Origin: Chlamydiia bacterium
GTDB taxonomy: Bacteria > Chlamydiota > Chlamydiia > Chlamydiales > Simkaniaceae
Direction of reading: 5' to 3'
DNA length: 64,000 nucleotides
NCBI GenBank assembly: GCA_030429605.1
Contig: JAUIEV010000006.1
Location: 42,154-106,153, forward strand
Position numbers and translations under genes: made by a program. Positions within the stretch are counted from its first letter, which is position 1; every line of letters begins with the position of its first letter. The notes below the pieces were generated by a model, which worked only from the letters and a program-made list of their open reading frames with translations, ran no database searches and was not told the origin of the DNA. This document shows positions 37,883-46,781 of the stretch, in pieces.

Positions 37883-38395
37883 TTACAGAGATGCTTCTGT
37901 AATAGAATTTTGAATTGCTTTTTGCTGTTGAATAGCTTCAACGTATGCATCCCAGTATTCTTGTCGAACTTCATTGTCTTTGATTGAGTTCATAAGCTGT
38001 CGCTTGCATGAAGATAAAGATTTTTTTGGGCTAAGGAGAGCAACCATCTCTTTATCTCCTGCTAGACGGGCAATATTGAGGAGTCGATCGAGTTGATTTT
38101 TAGAGAATTGGAAAAGGTCGCGGCGTTTTCTAGAGCCACGTGCTGCTCTTTGCTTTGGAGCTACAGCGGATGGCTTAGGAGGGTCAATAATAAACTTTTC
38201 AATAAGTGATTCAAGTTCGGAAGGATCTTTGTTTTTCATTTTTTTGAGTGTGAAATGATGCATGTATCCGCCTGTATCAACAGGGATGTATTTACAAAGA
38301 TCGTTTTCTTTTTTACCTTTTACCTTTTCAATAGCTTGTTGGATGGTTTGTTCTAGTTCTTTGTACTGTTTAGCTTTGTCGCCAGTAGAGCTCAT
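37883..38395 (-). CDS. euo: Small basic DNA-binding-like protein, possibly the chlamydial developmental repressor Euo
   Basis: 170 aa. The central basic stretch is KQRAARGSRKRRDLFQFSKNQLDRLLNIARLAG. Size and layout match my recollection of Euo, but the assignment comes from memory with no alignment. Confidence 0.5.
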   Translation of the reverse strand: MSSTGDKAKQYKELEQTIQQAIEKVKGKKENDLCKYIPVDTGGYMHHFTLKKMKNKDPSELESLIEKFIIDPPKPSAVAPKQRAARGSRKRRDLFQFSKNQLDRLLNIARLAGDKEMVALLSPKKSLSSCKRQLMNSIKDNEVRQEYWDAYVEAIQQQKAIQNSITEASL

Positions 38396-38650
38396 TGTGT
38401 TATCCTTTCGTTAAAAACGGAGGTTGTCTTGCAGTATTCCGCATTAACTCGAATAATTTGCGAGGAATATCCCATAATCGGGAAATTAACCTGAATTATT
38501 CGCTGCAAGTTCTTACTATTTTCATTTGATTTGAGGATTTTATATAATGTCCTTTTTTTCTGCAAGCGCATCAGTAAGGTATTTTTTTTGATTTTTTTCG
38601 TCCTTACTATTATAAAGGCCGCACAATAATCCGTTTTTCGAGAGGTTTTT

Positions 38651-39448
38651 TTGCTTCCAAATATAAAATATACAGTGGGTATTGCTGCTGGAAAGGGTGG
38701 TGTTGGGAAATCAACACTCACTTTTTTACTGGCCCTCGCTTTAAAAAAAGCTGGCTACACAGTAGGTGTTTTAGATGCAGATATATACGGGCCATCTATT
38801 CCGTTTCTCTTAGGAGTTGATACTCCTCCGCAGAACAAAAGTGGGTTTGTGGCTCCTGCAGTTGGACAAGGAGTATCGTTTTTTTCCTTCTCTTTTGTTA
38901 AAGAGGGGGTTGCGGCTTTAAGGGCTCCGATTGCAAACAAGGTTATCGAGCAGTGCGCAACTGAAATCGCATGGGGTAACCTAGATTTTTTACTTGTCGA
39001 CTTTCCTCCCGGAACAGGAGATATACATTTAACAGCGTTGCAAACCCTGGATATATCAGGTATGCTATATGTTTCTACGCCGCAATTAATCGCATTACTT
39101 GACGTAGATAAAGCATACAAAATGGGGAAAGAGCTTGATGTCCCCACGCTCGGCTTTATAGAGAATATGGGGCGCTTTCCAGACGGAAGCGTAGGGCCTT
39201 TTGGTGTAGGTGAAGTAAAAAAATATGCAGATGCACATGGAGAACGGTTCATAGGAGAGCTGCCAATAGAAAAAGGGTTTGGTTCAATAAATAGCGAGGA
39301 AGCGAGTCCTCTTTCAAAACTCAGCGGCACGATGAATGATGCGCTGCAATCTATCGCAGCAAAAATCCCAAGCGCTGTTGAAGATGTTGAAGCACCTTTC
39401 AGTTTGAAATTGGAATGGAGAAAAGAGTATGCAGCCACAACAACTTGA
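38651..39448 (+). CDS. mrp: Mrp/ApbC/NBP35-family Fe-S cluster carrier ATPase
   Basis: Deviant Walker A GIAAGKGGVGKSTLT, then LLVDFPPGTGD. The start is a TTG, so it is uncertain. Confidence 0.85.
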   Translation: MLPNIKYTVGIAAGKGGVGKSTLTFLLALALKKAGYTVGVLDADIYGPSIPFLLGVDTPPQNKSGFVAPAVGQGVSFFSFSFVKEGVAALRAPIANKVIEQCATEIAWGNLDFLLVDFPPGTGDIHLTALQTLDISGMLYVSTPQLIALLDVDKAYKMGKELDVPTLGFIENMGRFPDGSVGPFGVGEVKKYADAHGERFIGELPIEKGFGSINSEEASPLSKLSGTMNDALQSIAAKIPSAVEDVEAPFSLKLEWRKEYAATTT

Positions 39449-39704
39449 GCAGACAGGAGCACAAACGTTCACAATCACGTGGCGTGATGGGCTCGTTATG
39501 GAATATGACCTTGTCACTTTGCAACGTGAATGTCCTTGCGCTCAGTGTCGAAAAACAAGAAGGGATATTCCAAAAGATGTTATGATTTCTTCAATTGAGA
39601 CCAAGGGTCGTTATGGACTTGTTTTTTCTTTTACATCCGGATGTACAAAGGGAGTCTATACATACTCTATGTTGCGGCGTCTAGGGAGGGCTCAAGGGAA
39701 ATGA
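39429..39704 (+). CDS. DUF971-family small protein (gamma-butyrobetaine hydroxylase N-terminal-like)
   Basis: 91 aa. The segment ITWRDGLVMEYDLVTLQRECPCAQCR fits the DUF971 pattern. It overlaps the mrp end and shares ATGA with the ytgA start. Confidence 0.75.
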   Translation: MQPQQLEQTGAQTFTITWRDGLVMEYDLVTLQRECPCAQCRKTRRDIPKDVMISSIETKGRYGLVFSFTSGCTKGVYTYSMLRRLGRAQGK

Positions 39705-40684
39705 TAAAGTATCTTGTTGGCATTTTTTGTGCATGTGCGCTCTTTTTCACCTCATGTGGGAGTTCAACTAAGCGAGGGTATGCGCTTCGTGAATGGATGA
39801 CTCCAAATGAGCAGGTAAAAGTGTTGTGTACGACTGAAATGATTTCTGACATTGTTCGGTATGTCGGTGACGGGCATGTTGATACGTTAACACTCATTTG
39901 TGGTGAACTCGATCCGCATAGCTATGAACTGGTCAAAGGGGATGCAGAAAAGTTTGCAGTTGCCGATGTTGTGTTTTTTAACGGCCTTGGCTTAGAGCAT
40001 GGTGCAAGCCTCTACAATCAAATACATCTCCACTCACATGCAGTTCGAGTCACGCGAGCAATTCCCGATGAAGCGCTTATTCGAGAAGGGGATCAGATAG
40101 ATCCGCATGTTTGGATGGATGTTTCTTTATGGAAAAAAACGATTGAACCTGTTGTGGGGGCTCTGAGTGCAGAACGCCCTGAGTATGCTGCAGATTTTCA
40201 GAAAAGAGCGCGAGAACTGCACGCACTTCTCGAAGAGGAAGATGCTAAAATTACAGCTCTTCTTCATACGCTGCCTGCGTCACGCCGCTATATTGTGACG
40301 ACTCATGATGCCTTTCAGTACTTTACAAGAAGGTATTTATCAGAGGCAGAAGAAGTCACAGGAAATAGTTGGATGAGTCGATGTTCTGCGCCTGAAGGGC
40401 TAGCTCCGGATAGTCAAATGAGCATGCATGACATTCTTTCTATTTGTGATTACCTCGTTGAACATGAAATTCCTGTTGTGTTCCCTGAGTCAAACCTAAG
40501 CCCGGATTCCCTTCGGAAAGTTGCGTCAGTCTGTAAGCAGCGAGGGTTTCCTGTACTGATTTGCACAAAGCCTCTTTACGGAGACTCTGTTGGAAGCAAA
40601 AAAGACAATGCTGATTCATATGTTGGGATGATGCGAAGTAATGCCCGGACTATTCATAGCTATTTATCTGCGGAGGTTCAATGA
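39701..40684 (+). CDS. ytgA: Metal (Fe/Mn/Zn) ABC transporter substrate-binding lipoprotein YtgA/TroA family
   Basis: Start taken at the ATG at 39701. The signal peptide MIKYLVGIFCACALFFTSCGSS carries a lipobox. Other motifs are DPHSYEL and DPHVWMD. Confidence 0.9.
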   Translation: MIKYLVGIFCACALFFTSCGSSTKRGYALREWMTPNEQVKVLCTTEMISDIVRYVGDGHVDTLTLICGELDPHSYELVKGDAEKFAVADVVFFNGLGLEHGASLYNQIHLHSHAVRVTRAIPDEALIREGDQIDPHVWMDVSLWKKTIEPVVGALSAERPEYAADFQKRARELHALLEEEDAKITALLHTLPASRRYIVTTHDAFQYFTRRYLSEAEEVTGNSWMSRCSAPEGLAPDSQMSMHDILSICDYLVEHEIPVVFPESNLSPDSLRKVASVCKQRGFPVLICTKPLYGDSVGSKKDNADSYVGMMRSNARTIHSYLSAEVQ

Positions 40685-41448
40685 ATCCTTTTGCTGCGCA
40701 CAATCTCTCTGTTTCCTATCGAGATGAAACTGTTTTGTGGGATGTTTCATTTGAAGTTCAGCAAGGCACTATGGTTGGTATCATCGGGCCAAATGGAGCG
40801 GGTAAGTCAACGCTTTTAAAAGCTTCACTTGATTTAGTACATCCATTGTCAGGTGCGGCCACGTTTTTTGGAAAGCCCTTTGCAAAGGTTCGAGAAAAAG
40901 TAGCATACGTTCCACAAAGAAGAGATGTCGACTGGACTTTTCCTGTTTCTGTTTTTGATGTTGCGGTGATGGGGCGGCATAATAAACGTGGTTTTTTGAA
41001 GTGGGTGAGAAAAGCAGATAAAGAAGCGACTCTGCATGCACTTGAGCATATGGGGCTAAGCCACCTTGCGCAAAGACAGATTGCACAGCTTTCAGGAGGC
41101 CAGCAACAGCGGTTGTTCCTTACAAGAGCACTTCTTCAAGAAGCAGAAGTGTACATTCTTGATGAGCCTTTTGCAGGAGTCGATATTGCAAGCGAAAAAG
41201 CAATTGTCGATACACTCCATGCGTTGAGAGACCAAGGAAAGACAGTTGTTGTAGTGCATCATGACCTTGAGAGCGCAGCACACTACTTTGACCAGGTTTT
41301 GCTATTGAACGTGAGCCTGCTTGCCTCCGGGCATCCCTCGGATGTCTTGTCTCAGGAAAATCTCGCAAAAGCATATGGGGCTGACGTCTCACTTTTTGAA
41401 GCTGCAAGTCGTCGTTCTCATGCGAAGCGCATGGGTATTGAAGTATGA
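40681..41448 (+). CDS. ytgB: Metal ABC transporter ATP-binding protein
   Basis: Motifs GPNGAGKSTLLK, LSGGQQQRLFLTRAL and ILDEPFAGVD. Confidence 0.93.
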   Translation: MNPFAAHNLSVSYRDETVLWDVSFEVQQGTMVGIIGPNGAGKSTLLKASLDLVHPLSGAATFFGKPFAKVREKVAYVPQRRDVDWTFPVSVFDVAVMGRHNKRGFLKWVRKADKEATLHALEHMGLSHLAQRQIAQLSGGQQQRLFLTRALLQEAEVYILDEPFAGVDIASEKAIVDTLHALRDQGKTVVVVHHDLESAAHYFDQVLLLNVSLLASGHPSDVLSQENLAKAYGADVSLFEAASRRSHAKRMGIEV

Positions 41449-42755
41449 ATTTTTTATTTGATCCAGCGGTTCGCGGGCCAATCATAGGTTCATTTCTTGT
41501 GTGTTTATGTGCAAGTATAACGGGTGTGCTTGTTTTCTTAAGAAGGCGTGCGCTTGTTGGAGAAACACTCTCGCATGCTGCATATCCTGGGATTGTTTTG
41601 GGAGGCTTTGCGTCCTACGCGTTTGGAGATTTGCTTTCTCCGGTATTACTTCTTTTGTGTGCCTTATTTACATCTCTTCTTGGCTATTACCTTCTCCGTT
41701 TTATTGAAGAAAAAGGTGGAATCGATCCAGATAGTGCACTCTGCTTTGTGCTGGCATTTTCAATGGGCGTTGGAGTGCTTTTAGCAAGTATTCTTCAGGG
41801 AGAGAGCCCTACATGGTACAGAAAAGTTCAAGGGTTTTTGTATGGTCAATCTGTCACACTTTCGGATACACACAGTATCGTCTATTTTGTGCTGACAGCT
41901 GGGATCATTCTCTATGTTACACTTCGATTTAGAGAAATAGAACTTGTCTTGTTTGACGAGACATATATCCGAACAATAGGTGTTCCTTTCAAGTGGATTG
42001 ATGCGCTTCTCATGGGTCTATTTGCGCTCTCTATCGTTGTGGGAATTAGAAGTGTTGGGGTTATTTTGATGTCTGGAATGCTGATTGCGCCAGCGGTTGC
42101 TGCGAGGCAATTAACCCACTCATTCCCGAAAATGCTTTTTTTTGCAGCACTCCTCTCTACTGTGGCATCTATTGGGGGAACAGTGTATGCATTTACTTCT
42201 ACAACGCTCCTTGCTTCAGGTGCGAGGATCTCCCTTCCTCCCGGTCCAATTATACTGCTTTTCGCAACGGCAATGGCTGTGTTAGCAATGCTGTTTGCTC
42301 CAACGGGTGGTCTCATTGTTCGTATGTATAGAAGCATGACGTTTCAGTTCCAGTGTCAAAAAGAAAATCTGATAAAATCTATCTGGAAGGCCGGAAAAGA
42401 CGGTATGGTTGATGTCCATGCATTGAAAAAATACCACTCAGTTTCCTCATGGCATTACGCTCTCCTTCTTTGGAGGTTAAAAAGAGAAGGGTGGCTTCAT
42501 AAAAAGTGTCGAAAAGATGTTCAGCTCACAAATGATGGTGTCAGAAAGGCCGTGCACATTGTGCGTATGCATAGGCTGTGGGAAGTATACCTGGTTTCGC
42601 ACCTTGGTGTGTCCGCTAAAAAAGTCCACAGAAGCGCAGAAGAAATTGAACATATATTGACCCCGGAACTTGAAGCTGAACTTGTTGGATTTGTTGGAGG
42701 CTCTACAAGTGATCCGCACGAAAAGCCGATTCCTCGGCATGGAGGGGCTTTTTGA
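41445..42755 (+). CDS. ytgC: Metal ABC transporter permease fused to a C-terminal DtxR-family repressor domain (YtgC-YtgR)
   Basis: The first roughly 300 aa form a polytopic permease. The C-terminal segment LTNDGVRKAVHIVRMHRLWEVYLVSHLGV...AEEIEHILTPELEAELVGFVG...DPHEKPIP matches the DtxR/MntR signature. Confidence 0.9.
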   Translation: MNFLFDPAVRGPIIGSFLVCLCASITGVLVFLRRRALVGETLSHAAYPGIVLGGFASYAFGDLLSPVLLLLCALFTSLLGYYLLRFIEEKGGIDPDSALCFVLAFSMGVGVLLASILQGESPTWYRKVQGFLYGQSVTLSDTHSIVYFVLTAGIILYVTLRFREIELVLFDETYIRTIGVPFKWIDALLMGLFALSIVVGIRSVGVILMSGMLIAPAVAARQLTHSFPKMLFFAALLSTVASIGGTVYAFTSTTLLASGARISLPPGPIILLFATAMAVLAMLFAPTGGLIVRMYRSMTFQFQCQKENLIKSIWKAGKDGMVDVHALKKYHSVSSWHYALLLWRLKREGWLHKKCRKDVQLTNDGVRKAVHIVRMHRLWEVYLVSHLGVSAKKVHRSAEEIEHILTPELEAELVGFVGGSTSDPHEKPIPRHGGAF

Positions 42756-43714
42756 ATCCATACATGGGAATGACATTTATTGAGGTGTTGCTACATATAT
42801 TTGTTCGATGCTTCCATATTTTAACTGGGCAACAGCAAAACCTCTACTCAGATGAATTGCAAATGCTCGTGCTCTTTTTTGCAGGTGTTGCAGGAGGATT
42901 GCTTGGAACATTCCTTGTGTTGCAAAAAATGACAATGGTTGCAAATGCACTTTCTCACACGATTCTTTTAGGAATCGTTGCTGTTGCACTTATTTCTGGT
43001 GTGACAGTCCTTACCGACTTAGGAATGACCGGCTTTTTACTGGCGGCAACTATTGCAGGTATTGTAACAACAAGTGCAACAGATTTTTTGGTACGGGTTA
43101 TTCGCTTGCAAAAAGATGCAAGCATCGGCTTTGTTTTTTCTGCACTCTTCGCAATTGGGATACTTTCAGTGACACTGTTATTTAGGAATACTCATTTAGG
43201 GGTTGAGCTCATAATGGGAAATATTGATGCGGTCACACCAAAGGATCTTTTCCTCCTTTTGGGATGTGCGGGGGGGGTGATAGCGCTCGTTGTATTGCTG
43301 TATTATCCACTGAAAATTATGACGTTTGATGTGTTATTCGCACAAGGAATAGGAATTAAAGTACGTCTCATTCAACGTATTTTGATGCTTATGACATCTA
43401 TTGCTGCGGTTGCATCTTTTCGAGTTGTAGGTGTTTTTCTGTTTTTGTCTTTTATTGTGACACCTATGCTCACCGTCCGGCTCTTTTGCCACTCACTCAA
43501 ACATATTCTTTTTTTACATATAGGACTGAGTGCACTCTTTTCGATCTGTTCAGTTGCGCTGTCTCGTCACATCCTTTCTGTCTATATGGTTCCAGTCTCC
43601 ACTTCTGGGGTGTTTGTCACGCTCTCCGGTCTTTGTTATATCAGTGCGCTGTGTATTAAAAATTCTAGGTTGCAGAGGATCACAAACCGAGGTATACTCC
43701 CTGTCCATGAGTAA
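42752..43714 (+). CDS. ytgD: Metal ABC transporter permease
   Basis: 320-aa polytopic protein, a paralog of the YtgC permease domain. Its start overlaps ytgC by 4 nt. Confidence 0.9.
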   Translation: MNPYMGMTFIEVLLHIFVRCFHILTGQQQNLYSDELQMLVLFFAGVAGGLLGTFLVLQKMTMVANALSHTILLGIVAVALISGVTVLTDLGMTGFLLAATIAGIVTTSATDFLVRVIRLQKDASIGFVFSALFAIGILSVTLLFRNTHLGVELIMGNIDAVTPKDLFLLLGCAGGVIALVVLLYYPLKIMTFDVLFAQGIGIKVRLIQRILMLMTSIAAVASFRVVGVFLFLSFIVTPMLTVRLFCHSLKHILFLHIGLSALFSICSVALSRHILSVYMVPVSTSGVFVTLSGLCYISALCIKNSRLQRITNRGILPVHE

Positions 43715-44834
43715 ACGTGTCATTATTCTTGGAAGTACAGGCTCGATCGGTAAAAATGCGGCTCACGTATGTGCGCACCTCGGGTACAATGTTGTTGGAC
43801 TTGCGGTCCATTCAAATACAACTGCTCTTAAAGAACAGATCGCTGCATGCAGGCCCGAAAAAGTGGCGGTGTTTGATCAAAAAGCTGGGAAAGCCTTAGC
43901 ACAAGAAGTGGACTGCCCGGTCCTTCTTGGTGAAGAAGGTGTCGTAGAGCTGGCTGAGCAAAAAGCAGACATTGTTGTTGCGGCTATTGTTGGTACACGA
44001 GGCATTCGGCCAACTTTTGCGGCGCTTTCACAAGGGACGACAGTTGCACTCGCAAATAAAGAAGCACTTGTCTCAGCAGGACAGATCCTTGCAGAAAAAG
44101 CTCGAGAAAGAAACAGCACATTACTCCCAATTGACAGCGAGCATAGCGCCTTGTTTCAGTGCCTTGTAGGAGAAAAAAAAGAGGCGATTCACTCTCTTAC
44201 ACTTACTGCTTCTGGAGGCCCGTTTTACAAAGTCCCAGAAAGTGAAATTCATTCGATTACACTTGAAGATGCGCTGAAACACCCGACATGGACCATGGGT
44301 GTCAAAAATACCGTTGATTCATCCACCCTTATGAATAAGGGGCTTGAGGTAATTGAAGCCCACCATCTTTTTGAGATCCCTCTTGAAAAAATTAATGTTG
44401 TTATTCATCCCCAAAGTTTGATTCATAGTTTTGTGAATTTTGTTGATGGGTCTTCGAAGGCGCAAATTAGCGCAAACGATATGAAAATTCCTATTCAATA
44501 CGCATTGACGTACCCAGAAAGGAATATTGGTACTGTGAAGCCGCTTGATTTCACACAAATGGGAACGCTTGAGTTTTATCCACCAAGATATGATGCTTTT
44601 CCTTGTTTACGCCTTGCGCTTGAGTCTGTCCACGTTGGTGGAACGATGCCCTGCTTTATGAATGCAGCAAATGAATCTCTAGTTGCACAATTTGCTGCGC
44701 GAAAAATCGGATGGGCTGACATAGGAAAAAAATTAGAACGTTTAATGACCCGATACAGTGCTGAGCCAATTGAGGACATTGAGCACGTATTGTCTGTCGA
44801 TGCTGAAGCAAAGCGTCGTGCACAAGAGGAGTAA
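43707..44834 (+). CDS. dxr: 1-deoxy-D-xylulose 5-phosphate reductoisomerase
   Basis: From the ATG at 43707 the sequence reads MSKRVIILGSTGSIGKNA. Other motifs are LANKEALV, DSEHSA and NKGLEVIEAHHLF. The track ORF start at 43530 overlaps ytgD and was trimmed. Confidence 0.95.
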   Translation: MSKRVIILGSTGSIGKNAAHVCAHLGYNVVGLAVHSNTTALKEQIAACRPEKVAVFDQKAGKALAQEVDCPVLLGEEGVVELAEQKADIVVAAIVGTRGIRPTFAALSQGTTVALANKEALVSAGQILAEKARERNSTLLPIDSEHSALFQCLVGEKKEAIHSLTLTASGGPFYKVPESEIHSITLEDALKHPTWTMGVKNTVDSSTLMNKGLEVIEAHHLFEIPLEKINVVIHPQSLIHSFVNFVDGSSKAQISANDMKIPIQYALTYPERNIGTVKPLDFTQMGTLEFYPPRYDAFPCLRLALESVHVGGTMPCFMNAANESLVAQFAARKIGWADIGKKLERLMTRYSAEPIEDIEHVLSVDAEAKRRAQEE

Positions 44835-44840
44835 AAAAGA

Positions 44841-46739
44841 ATGCAAATTCTGTATGTTGTATTAGCCGTTTTAGGACTGAGTTTTCTCGTTTTCATCCAT
44901 GAACTTGGGCATTACCTTGTTGCGAAATGGGTTGGTATGCGAGTTGAGGCATTTAGTATAGGTTTTGGAAGGCCGATCGTTTCGTGGATGAGAGATGGTG
45001 TAAAGTGGCAAATTGGTATACTTCCTTTTGGTGGATTTGTGAAAATCGCAGGGATGGAACCTGAAAAAGGGAAAGAGCCCCACGAAATCCAGGATGGCTT
45101 TTTTGGAAAATCACCGTGGAGTCGTATACAAGTCGCGCTTGCCGGTCCTCTTGTAAATATTGCTTTTGCTTTGCTTGTGTTTGCAGGGATTTGGGCACTC
45201 GGTGGACGTATGAAACCGTTTTCGGAGTATACAAACATTATTGGGTTTGTAGATCCTCAGTCGGAACTGTATGAAAAAGGAGTTCGGCCAGGAGATCAAA
45301 TTTCAACCTATAATGGCGAACCATACTACAGATACCAAGACATACTGTTGGCATCTGTTTCAAACGCAAAAAAAATAGCAATCTCAGGTGAGAAAAGAGT
45401 GTACTCACTTGGTGAGAAAACACCGTTCAGCTACACACTTCCTGTATATGATGACCCTCGATTTCCAGGTGGTGATCTTAAAACAATTGGCGTCCTTGCG
45501 CCTGCAAAATACCTTGTCGTAGAAGGTGATATTTCTCCAGAGTCTCCTCTTTTTGGTTCTGGTATAGAAGTCGGAGATAGAATTGTTTGGGCTGATGGAG
45601 AGTATGTTTTTTCAATGAAACAGCTTTCATATCTCATTAATCAGCAAATGGCATTACTTTCAGTGGAACGGGATGGAAAACGTCTGCAGATTCGAGTGCC
45701 TAGAGTAGCTATTCAAGAGTTATCACACAGCGATTTTGCTCAGCAAAACTTAGCTGACTGGAAGTTTGAGGCACGAAGTCAAGATTCGTCATTCTTTATC
45801 CCCTATGAACTTTCTCAAAAAGGGGTGGTTATAGCACCAATTCCTCTGCAAAAGCAGCCAACAGTTGATATGACACTCGATAGTGAGCAGTGGGAGACTC
45901 CAACAGAATTACAAAGTGGTGACCGGATAGTTGCTGTTGATGGGAAAAGCGTTGACTCAGGCGCCCAGGTATTTCGGTTGCTACAAAAAAAACGAGTTCC
46001 TTTGATAGTCGACAGAGGAGAGAAGCTTGCCAATGTCAGTTTAGCAAAAGCAAATCAGGAATATATCGATACAGTTGATTGGAGTGGTGCTGCAACGCTT
46101 GTTTCATCAATTGGATCCTCTTCTGCTCTTCAATCAGAGGGGACTGCACATTTGCTGCAGCCTGTTGAACCTGTTCCAATGAGTGAGTATCCTTTTTCAA
46201 AAGCTGATGCTGCTCGGTATACGCAAATGCTTGATGCGATGACGGCACAAGCGCAAAAAGAATCAAACCCAGAGATTCGTTCCCAGATGCTAGAAGAGAT
46301 TGCTCAACAGAAAAATGTGCTTGTCCTTGGAGCATCGCTTTCTGATGCTGCGGTTCGCGTGAATCGAAATCCTTTTGTTATGATGGGAATGGTTGTGCAA
46401 GATATGGGAAAAACACTTGCTTCGGTTACTTCAGGTCAAGTCAGCGCAAAATGGATGAGTGGTCCGGTCGGTATCATGCAAATGATGCATGTAAGCTGGA
46501 GTAAAGGTGTTGAAGAGGCGATGTATTGGCTTGCTGTTATTAGTGTGAATCTTGGTGTGTTAAACCTGCTCCCTCTCCCAGTGCTGGATGGTGGGCACAT
46601 CATGATATCTCTTTACGAAATGGTGACAAGAAAAAGAATTTCCGCAAAGACAATGCAACGGCTCATCATTCCATTTGCCGTCTTTTTAATACTGTTTTTT
46701 ATTTATGTTACGTACAACGACATAATGCGGCTTCTGTAA
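44841..46739 (+). CDS. rseP: Site-2 zinc metalloprotease RseP/YaeL with PDZ domains
   Basis: HELGHYLVAKW (HExxH) in TM1. The C-terminal motif is NLLPLPVLDGGH. The central PDZ-type region is long. Confidence 0.93.
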   Translation: MQILYVVLAVLGLSFLVFIHELGHYLVAKWVGMRVEAFSIGFGRPIVSWMRDGVKWQIGILPFGGFVKIAGMEPEKGKEPHEIQDGFFGKSPWSRIQVALAGPLVNIAFALLVFAGIWALGGRMKPFSEYTNIIGFVDPQSELYEKGVRPGDQISTYNGEPYYRYQDILLASVSNAKKIAISGEKRVYSLGEKTPFSYTLPVYDDPRFPGGDLKTIGVLAPAKYLVVEGDISPESPLFGSGIEVGDRIVWADGEYVFSMKQLSYLINQQMALLSVERDGKRLQIRVPRVAIQELSHSDFAQQNLADWKFEARSQDSSFFIPYELSQKGVVIAPIPLQKQPTVDMTLDSEQWETPTELQSGDRIVAVDGKSVDSGAQVFRLLQKKRVPLIVDRGEKLANVSLAKANQEYIDTVDWSGAATLVSSIGSSSALQSEGTAHLLQPVEPVPMSEYPFSKADAARYTQMLDAMTAQAQKESNPEIRSQMLEEIAQQKNVLVLGASLSDAAVRVNRNPFVMMGMVVQDMGKTLASVTSGQVSAKWMSGPVGIMQMMHVSWSKGVEEAMYWLAVISVNLGVLNLLPLPVLDGGHIMISLYEMVTRKRISAKTMQRLIIPFAVFLILFFIYVTYNDIMRLL

Positions 46740-46751
46740 AAGCATTTTGAG

Positions 46752-46781
46752 AGACGAAAAGGGGAATCTCCCTTTTCGTCT
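46752..46781. terminator. Hairpin between convergent rseP and the USP-like gene (overlaps the USP gene stop)
   Basis: 12-bp stem agacgaaaaggg / cccttttcgtct with a 6-nt loop. Confidence 0.6.

Noticed and set aside
37883-38395. Interpreting the 170-aa basic protein as a histone-like Hc1/Hc2 or SWIB-domain protein
   Set aside because: It lacks the Lys/Ala-rich repeats of Hc proteins and any SWIB-like core. Layout and size fit Euo better, though that call itself remains tentative.
38392-38721. 109-aa minus-strand ORF spanning the euo-mrp intergenic region
   Set aside because: It overlaps the mrp start and the divergent promoter region, has no SD and has a low-complexity basic composition. It is likely spurious.
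38755-39462. 235-aa ORF antisense to mrp
   Set aside because: The sense strand carries an unambiguous Mrp/ApbC P-loop protein. The antisense product has no motif and a skewed S/P/A/T-rich composition.
41912-42337. 141-aa ORF antisense within ytgC, and similar antisense ORFs in rseP (44871-45637) and npt1 (36063-36686)
   Set aside because: They lie inside confidently assigned polytopic membrane protein genes and have no independent expression signals.
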